Positions 8,612 to 16,316 of a stretch of 16,316 bases of DNA are shown piece by piece. The stretch lies in contig NW_021825180.1 of NCBI RefSeq assembly GCF_006345805.1, positions 1 through 16,316 of the forward strand. Reading direction: 5' to 3'. The notes under the pieces are model-generated. The model was not told the DNA's origin, made no database searches, and saw nothing but the letters and a program-made list of their open reading frames with translations. Source of the DNA: Octopus sinensis (lineage: Eukaryota). Within the stretch, counting starts at the first letter, position 1. The number at the start of each line of letters is the position of its first letter. The position numbers and the translations under genes were made by a program.

Positions 8612-9175
8612 AGTATCTTTTTTTGGCGTTTAGAATGCACCTTCTTCCCCATTCCCTCACTATTTTTAAAATTGACAAAATTGTTGGAAAATTTTGGAAT
8701 AATAGTGACGACATTTCCGTAAGGATGCTCAAACCTTTGCAGACATAGTGAAGAATTAGTTCCATAGTACTTTTTATGGGGACCTTTTAAGTTATTATAA
8801 ATCGGATATATTATCTCCTTTGGAGAAGAGAGCGGAGTTCAATATGTCGATAGAAGAGTTGTCTTTGCCTACTAAAGTTGTTCAGTCCTATGAATTGATG
8901 AAGTGTCGGGAAATTTTAAACAAATGTTAGACTGTGATGGAATTAATGGACATTCCGGGGAATATATCTAAGGAAGAGTCATGTCGAGTTATCCTGTGTG
9001 GTGTGAGTGGTAGGAGTTGGGTGGGTTGGGAGTCGTTAAAGATATGATTGCCGTGGAGAATCGTTTGGGCACTGAGGGTTTTGGTCAAGTCAGGCAGTGG
9101 TTGGATGTTGTCGAGCCAATTTATCGTTTGAGGATTATTGACTATTTGAGAAATTTTGTCTTACTACTTTACTAA
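8612..9175 (+). CDS. Unidentified, possibly disrupted gene with putative micro-introns
   Basis: Splicing gtaagg…tttgcag (8719-8742, 24 nt) and gtactt…ttttaag (8767-8791, 25 nt) gives an open LFLKLTKLLENFGIIVTTFPHSEELVPYYYKSDILSPLEKRAEFNMSIEELS… up to TAG at 8928. A further protein-like frame ends …DMIAVENRLGTEGFGQVRQWLDVVEPIYRLRIIDYLRNFVLLLY* at 9175. No start or identity was established. Confidence 0.35.
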
Positions 9176-9201
9176 TTATTTTAAATACTGTTAGAATTGA
9201 A

Positions 9202-9235
9202 TACAGTGAACTCTCGCAAATTGGCCACCTCGAAA
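9202..9235 (+). mobile_element. Orphan pogo/Tigger-like terminal inverted repeat
   Basis: TA|CAGTGAACTCTCGCAAATTGGCCACCTCG has the same CAGT-N4-5-CTCG shape as the TIR at 8444. No partner was found in the window. Confidence 0.45.
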
Positions 9236-9384
9236 TTTACTAAGATAAAAATTAATTTTCTTAGTATATTGGCCAATTCTCAAATTTTGACTATCTCATA
9301 TTATAGCTCGCAGAAAGCTTTAAAAAATGGTTTTAATAAATGATAGTAATGAATTAAAAGTGTGAATAACTAAAAATATTTATT

Positions 9385-10561
<1,177 letters not shown>

Positions 10562-10752
10562 CGAGTTATAAATTAAATATAACCTATTCAATTTTATTTT
10601 TTCTACTTAATTTAATATTTTCAAATTGCAATTTAAACTAAACAATATTTGACTACTTTTTTACTTTTCATTGATCCTCCAATTACTTTCGATTTGATAC
10701 AATTTTATTTGAATAAAGCTACTTTATTATAAATAAAAAGAAATTGATCATC

Positions 10753-10902
10753 CAAAGTGGATTCAGGTTTGGAAGATCAATTGCCGATGTAATATAAGGA
10801 GACAGATGTATTTCTGCCATATGCCAAAAATTTGAAATGGTAACCATAATATTGGGCATTGATATGAGCAGGGCATTTTACACGATTCGCAGAGACAAGC
10901 TG
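10753..10902 (+). mobile_element. Non-LTR retrotransposon RT fragment (RTE-like), with stop
   Basis: QSGFRFGRSIADVI*GDRCISAICQKFEMVTIILGIDMSRAFYTIRRDKL contains the QxGFR and DxxxAFD motifs. Confidence 0.75.
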
Positions 10903-11188
10903 AAGTGATATATGATATAGACTTTCTGTCTCATGATAAGTCAACATTTCTGAACATTACTCTACGTGTATAAAAATTGTAAAATTTCTTTATTAAAATT
11001 TCATCTCAGAATTGAAGTTTCATTTCAAAATCTCAGTGAACATTGTCTTGATAAATCAATTTACTGATTTGAAAGCTACATAAACTCCCAATCACCTAGC
11101 ATTTTGTAAACAAAATTGACAGAATGATAAACTTATTCAAGAATTTTTTTTAATCTTTGCTTTTTGAGCCGTAGACTTTTGATCAAAG

Positions 11189-11265
11189 GATAGTTAGGAT
11201 AAAGATAAAGTGTTAGACCATCTAACTTTGAACTATGAGATAGTTAGGATAAAGTGTTAGACCAT
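11189..11265. repeat. 27-bp direct repeat pair (copy 1 has an extra GATAAA)
   Basis: gatagttaggataaa(gataaa)gtgttagaccat at 11189-11221 and gatagttaggataaagtgttagaccat at 11239-11265. Confidence 0.85.
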
Positions 11266-11807
11266 TTAGTTTTCTTAACTAACCGATGTGATACATCTAT
11301 TACAAAAAAACGATTTTCTGTCATGTTATTGCTTTAGAATGTCAAAATCTCCATTCTTTTTCATTTCTGTAATTTTAAACCAGCTATAAAATAATTATTT
11401 CAAACCTGTAATTGAAATATGTTTATCCAATACCCGGTATTATTCTTTTACAGAATTTCGCATAGTCGTTAGTAATATTCATTGGGCTTAATTGTTATTA
11501 AAAATAGATGCTATAGTCATTTTATCCTATCAGTTAATCATAGTTTTCAAGTGAAGTTCTATCAATCAATATAGTCTTAACATTTTTGATCCTATACCAT
11601 TTTAAAATTATTTGAAAGTTTTTTGTTTACAAAATTGTGCCAAATAGTTTGCTAAAATAAGAATATATACGACTTTTTAAACTGACATTCAAGTAAAAAA
11701 ACAAAAATCTTGCCAATTTTTCTGATAAAACAAAAATAAGATAATATTTATTGAAGTGGGAGTCACATCCTCAAAAATTTAAAACAAATCAAGAAATGTT
11801 TCGGCAA

Positions 11808-11945
11808 GATAAGAAGCCCCAAGTCACCTAAAACGACATTGGAGGGTACAACCAGCAGAAACAAAAAGTAAAGGAAGCCGTCGAACTCGCTCTTAACCAG
11901 TATGAACTGTATAAGCAAAGTGGGATTGACTTCTCCTGCAAAGTG
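11808..11945 (+). pseudogene. PSMC4: 26S proteasome AAA-ATPase Rpt3 gene fragment
   Basis: [45 protein letters not shown] aligns without gaps to Rpt3 [45 protein letters not shown] (recalled human sequence). There is a TAA at the conserved Tyr, and it is truncated before Walker A. Confidence 0.75.
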
Positions 11946-11951
11946 TTTAAA

Positions 11952-12036
11952 CCGTTAATGAAACTAATCATGTTTTCGCTTTTGTTCCGAATGAGTCATT
12001 TTAAATTGACCTTATTGATCTAAAAAGGTTTAAAAA
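11952..12036 (+). mobile_element. Ginger/KRBA2-like integrase fragment (related to 4075-4180)
   Basis: NETNHVFAFVPNESF*IDLIDLKRF parallels ENNVIAHRPNERFQMDLIDLKGF. Confidence 0.55.
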
Positions 12037-12508
12037 CGTAATTGGTAGTTACTCTTGACCTCAGAAAAAATTGTGAAACGCCTTAATGATTGCAGAGATC
12101 ATAACATGTTGCAAAATCGTCAGAAATAAATAAAACTGTTCAGAGAACTGACTTATTGTGTTGCAGATGCATTGCCATGACCTATAGCATCGTGTTAGTG
12201 CTTAAAATAATAATAATTTTAGATTAAAAATGTCCCACTTTTGCTTTCCGGAAAATTTTTATGCCCGACCTCAAATAAATGACTATAGTACATTTTTTAA
12301 TATACATTAAAAATGGTCAAACTAGTATTGTGCACAATTTATTAAAAAATATGTTTTTATTTTCCCCCACTCAAATACGTAAAAATGTTCCCGTTTTATC
12401 ACATCCAAAATTCACAGATCTAATTCTTCAATATGCGATCTCGTTGAGTTATTTTTTGAAGATTTTTATAAAATAAAGACAACACAATAATAAATATTGT
12501 GTGATGCT

Positions 12509-12523
12509 CGTCACGTGACGTCA
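12509..12523. promoter_or_regulatory. Overlapping CLEAR-type E-box (GTCACGTGAC) and CRE (TGACGTCA)
   Basis: cgtcacgtgacg is a perfect 12-bp palindrome (12509-12520) overlapping tgacgtca (12516-12523) in otherwise CpG-poor DNA. Function is not shown. Confidence 0.3.
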
Positions 12524-12810
12524 AATAATTATGGGATTAAATTGAACCAAGTTTGCACTTTAAGGAATTTATATTACACAAAATTAGATTTCCATAAAAT
12601 TTAATAAATTTGTCTTTAAATGGTTTAGCGGAATATTCTTGAAATTGAAATGTTTTTTATATTTTGTAATTTCTTGACATTATAGGTTTCACTCTGATTT
12701 TATTTAATAACATTACATTTTACATGAAAAAGAGTCAATTTGGACAAACATAAAAAATAGTTAATGTTCTTATCATAAAAAACAACTACAAAACCAACAT
12801 TATATTACAG

Positions 12811-13075
12811 TACTAGCAGCTGTCCATCGAAAAGCACTCGCTCTCTAAAAATAAGTCAACTATTTTTAACGATTGTCCCTGTGCCTTGTTATTGTAATCG
12901 CAAAACTCATCTTCAATGGAAGTTTTAGCCTTTTAAATCTAACCGGTAATTCATCCAAAATAATTGAAATTCATGAGATATAAACATCATCAACTCTATA
13001 TTTACCTGTTGAAAACGTCGCTTCTATTACCTAGTAATCGAATTTTTGATAACTAACCTTTGGGTTAAAGTTTTT
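12811..13075 (-). mobile_element. Helitron PIF1-like helicase C-terminal fragment
   Basis: RLVIKNSIT/VIEATFSTGKYRVDDVYIS*ISIILDELPVRFKRLKLPLKMSFAITI/NKAQGQSLKIVDLFLESECFS/GQLLV matches the FAxTINKxQGQ…FSHGQLYV motifs, with a stop and frameshifts. Confidence 0.85.
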
Positions 13076-13319
13076 CTCTTAATTATTATTAATTATTTAA
13101 AACACAAAAATTATAATTAGAAATATCTTGATTTAAATTAAATTAGTCTTATTTAAGTTTACCCATACGCCTGACTCCCTGTTCTCTATACTCACTTTGG
13201 GTTACTTCCCCTTTGGTCACACAGAAACATACTTAATTTCTAATAATGTGGAAATAAAAACAATAAAAAGTCCAAATGGTTATGTTATATTATAGGAAAA
13301 TTTTTATTTTAAATAATTA

Positions 13320-16316
13320 GTTGAGAGGCTGTTAGTGAGGTAACATAAGGAGACCTTCGGCATTCCTGCCTTTTCGGTCCAGCACACACGCTCGCCTCTC
13401 TACACAACCACAGGTTAGGACTTACCGTCTTACTGCCACCCAGTCATTATCTTCTCTAGGACCTCAGGGAGGCTTTGAGGGACAATTCCTGGGCGTTGGA
13501 GAGCTCATCACGCCATCCTAAGCCATAGGCTAGCCTGATGGCTCGTCTTCTTACTTCTTAAGCGCGTCAACGTACTTCTCCCTGTCCTCGCAGAAGTGCC
13601 AAGCGTGCACGCCATAGGTAACACGGGTAACACCATGACGTTGAACACACGGAACAGGCACCTCTCCTCAAGTGGAAAGCACGCAACGCGCCTAATCGCT
13701 GCATTGCACGCATTTTAGTACGTGCAATGTGATCATCGAACTTACCTGACTGCTTGAAGACCACGCCCAAGTAAGTTGTCCGATCAACTACAGCGATCGC
13801 TGACCCGTCCAGCGATAACCTAGGGATAAAATTAGTGTAACCCCTCGTCCTTTTACAGACTTTAAGGACACTGCACTTGTCCGCACACATCTTTAGACCC
13901 CTACTCCCACACCAGTTTACAAGTTCATCCACAGCAACCTGTAGCCTACGACACGCACGCTCTGGTTTCATCGACTGATCCCAGAGGATAATGTCGTCTG
14001 CATAGATCACCATTCCAGTACGAGCATTGACTGGCATAGGTGCAGAGGCCATAAAGATATTAAACAGTGTGGGACTCAGCACAGAACCCTGAGGGACCCC
14101 GCGAAGGACTGTTGCGACTTTAGAAAAGACCCCCTGGTGTCGCACGACCTGACCGCGAGATTCGAGGAACCCCGACAACCAGCGCTTAGACACGGAGAAA
14201 ACCCCACACGTGGCGAGGGAACTCCGCAGGCCGTCGTGCCACACCGAGTCGAAGGCCTTTTCTATGTCAAGACTAACTAACATACCACACTCCCTTTTCT
14301 GGAGGGCGTTCTTCATTTCGGAAGACACCTTCCACAAGCAGTCTCCACTGAACGACCCTCCTGAAGCCCCATTGGAACTCCGGGAGGCGTCAACCACCGT
14401 CAGCTCCTCCAGGAGCCTTCGGTGCATGATCCTTTCTAGGATTTTAGATATAGCGGGAAGCAAGGAAATGGGCCTGTATCCCCCGGGGACATCATAAGGC
14501 TTCCCAGGTTTTCCAATGAAGATTACCTCAGCCACTTTCCACCTGGAAGGAATCATCCCAAGTCGCAAGCTCCCGCTAAACAAAACTGTAAGGCCGTGAT
14601 CAACAACGGCGGGGCTTTTTGAAGATGGACATAGGGATCCGATCTAGCCCGCCGCGGTGTTCTTACTTCGGGAGATCGCTGCCAGGATCTCCCTTCCGGA
14701 AACTTCGCCTGCATCGACCCTTGATATGTCCAGCTGGCAGCGTTTGTCCCAAGACAATACCTCCTGGATAGTAACAAAAGACGACGTCTCTACGAACTGA
14801 CTTCCGTCAGTTCCGAGATGTGTTGAGGTGAGTTGAAAATATATCAGCCACCTCACCGGGTCCGAGGCGAGGGTTCCATCAGAGCGCTTAAGGCGCACTG
14901 ACTTTGCCTCCCCTCTCCCCGACAGGCTCTTCAGTTGTTTCCAGAAGTCCGGAAACGCGGGTCCACTCTTTGGCAGGCCCGCTCCCACCGTGAACTTTCG
15001 TGTTCACGGATTTCCCTCCGGATCTCCCTCTGAAGCCGGCTGATCCAGCCGCGAAACCAGACACGGTTCTCCTGGTAGACGCATTTGTCCCGCAGTCTGG
15101 ACAGCCGGCGCTTGAATCTAATTTTATTTAGCACCCGGTACGGGAGCGTGAATGTGCCTGGCCCTGTACTGGGTTCTGTTTGAAATTATCTCGCATATAA
15201 TCAGACAGGGCAGCATTGATTCCATTATCTAACGCCTCCAACTCTCGTATGTTGGCGCAGGTATTCCCCACCAGGCGTGAGTGGGCAACCTGCTGGCCAT
15301 GAACCTCTCCAGGTTGGCCCAGGAACCGGACCGGAGGTCAAAGTATCCTGGGGCCCTTTGAGGAACTGGCTCACGAAGTTCGTGCAATCAAGGCAGATGG
15401 TCGCTCCAATATCAGGCAATAAGATTGTGTTACTAACCCAATTTAGCATCCCCGGGGCTTATCAGAGCAAGGCCTAGCCAGTCTTGTCCTCCCCGCGAAT
15501 CGATGTGGTTTGGCTCGCTTGAAGATCTGATTTCCAACCCGAGGTCTTCAACCAGCGTCTTTAGAGCCAAACCATGCGCGTTGGTTACCCTGAAACCGAG
15601 CTCTTGGTGCTTGGCGTCAGGTCCCCAACGACCATCGCCTTCGGATGCTTTCCAATGAACTCCCGTACGTGCCAGAACACGCCGTAAAGTTCTTCGAATA
15701 CATCGCCCCTAGGTAAAATGTTAAATTACCTATGCGAATCCTCACTTGGAGGAATTCACATAGGCTACAAGAACATAAACCTGAGCTCCGGAGAGCAAGG
15801 TACGGCTTGTAGAAGAGGCTAGTTCCCGTGCCACATATTGACCCCCTGTTTCCAGGGTATGTGACAACAGTTGTAGCCATCAACTACGTACGGACCCCCC
15901 CTTACCTTCGTTTCGTTGACCACCAGAATGTCCGCACTCGTGGTGGCCAACATCCACTGAACGGCGTCTCCTTTACCGGACAAGGAGCGCGCGTTCACCG
16001 ATATAATGTTGAGCATCATATCGGTTCCTCGCCAAGGATCTTCTTGGCCTCAGCCATGTTGCAATGTAGCATATCTGCTACACTGCACTTCGTCGCCTAC
16101 ATAATTTTAGTAGGCGCACACACAACTCCACCGCAGGACTAACACTGTCCTGGGGAGCACGCTCGCCAGGGGGGGAGTGCGGTGGCATTTCCACGTATGG
16201 AGTACGCCTTTTCCCCCTAGGTTTTGCTGGGCGGTATCACCTGTAGCCCACTCGGAAGGCTTAGCACGCTTCGGCATCCGAACTGACTCGGATGTTATTA
16301 GCGGCTCAGCCGACTT
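13320..16316 (-). mobile_element. GC-rich Jockey-like LINE: ORF1 3' end plus near-complete APE-RT ORF2 (16019 to ~13330), running off the window end
   Basis: EN motifs: VNARSL, VNETK, VVGDL(N)AKH, IG(S)DHLP. RT motifs: YRPISLLP, LDIEKAFDSVWH, GVPQGSVLSPTLF, YADD, YLGV. No RNase H or C-terminal CCHC was seen. Multiple 1-nt frameshifts. There is an abrupt return to AT-rich DNA at ~13320. Confidence 0.92.

Noticed and set aside
8444-9204. Two pogo-like TIRs flanking the unknown gene as a Pack-type element
   Set aside because: The TIRs face outward (back to back) and differ in sequence, so they do not form one element.
12320-12338. Palindrome ATTGTGCACAAT next to CTAG as a Helitron 3' end
   Set aside because: Canonical ends have a longer GC-rich hairpin about 10-12 nt before CTRR. 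Here the spacing is 1 nt and the palindrome is AT-rich.
12279-12476. 65-aa plus-strand ORF (also most of ORF 1774-2040)
   Set aside because: These are low-complexity AT-rich frames (I/L/K/F/N-rich) expected by chance; only the Tc1 tail of the latter is meaningful.
14210-16142. Plus-strand ORFs 14210-14497, 15277-15477 and 15828-16142
   Set aside because: They are antisense shadows of the GC-rich LINE ORF2 with no independent motifs.

Overview
AT-rich eukaryotic (very likely animal) genomic DNA. It holds one clear host gene: a cathepsin L-like (papain family C1A) cysteine protease on the minus strand (9385-10561). Five of its six introns are GT-AG introns of only 25-26 nt. The catalytic Cys/His/Asn are kept, but the oxyanion-hole Gln is replaced by Glu, and one base is missing just after intron 2. 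Around it is a dense collage of short, abutting transposon fragments from about ten groups: CRE-, Jockey-, R4- and RTE-like non-LTR elements, Tc1, pogo/Tigger, Merlin, hAT, a Ginger-like integrase and a Helitron. There is also a GC-rich, nearly reconstructable Jockey-like LINE (13320-16316), a proteasome ATPase (Rpt3) gene fragment, and a probable unidentified micro-intron gene (~8612-9175). Intron size points to a lineage with ultrashort introns (dicyemids fit best; this is inference). All family assignments come from motif recognition by eye and no database searches were run. Many frameshifts are 1-nt changes in homopolymer runs, so some 'pseudogene' lesions may be assembly errors.
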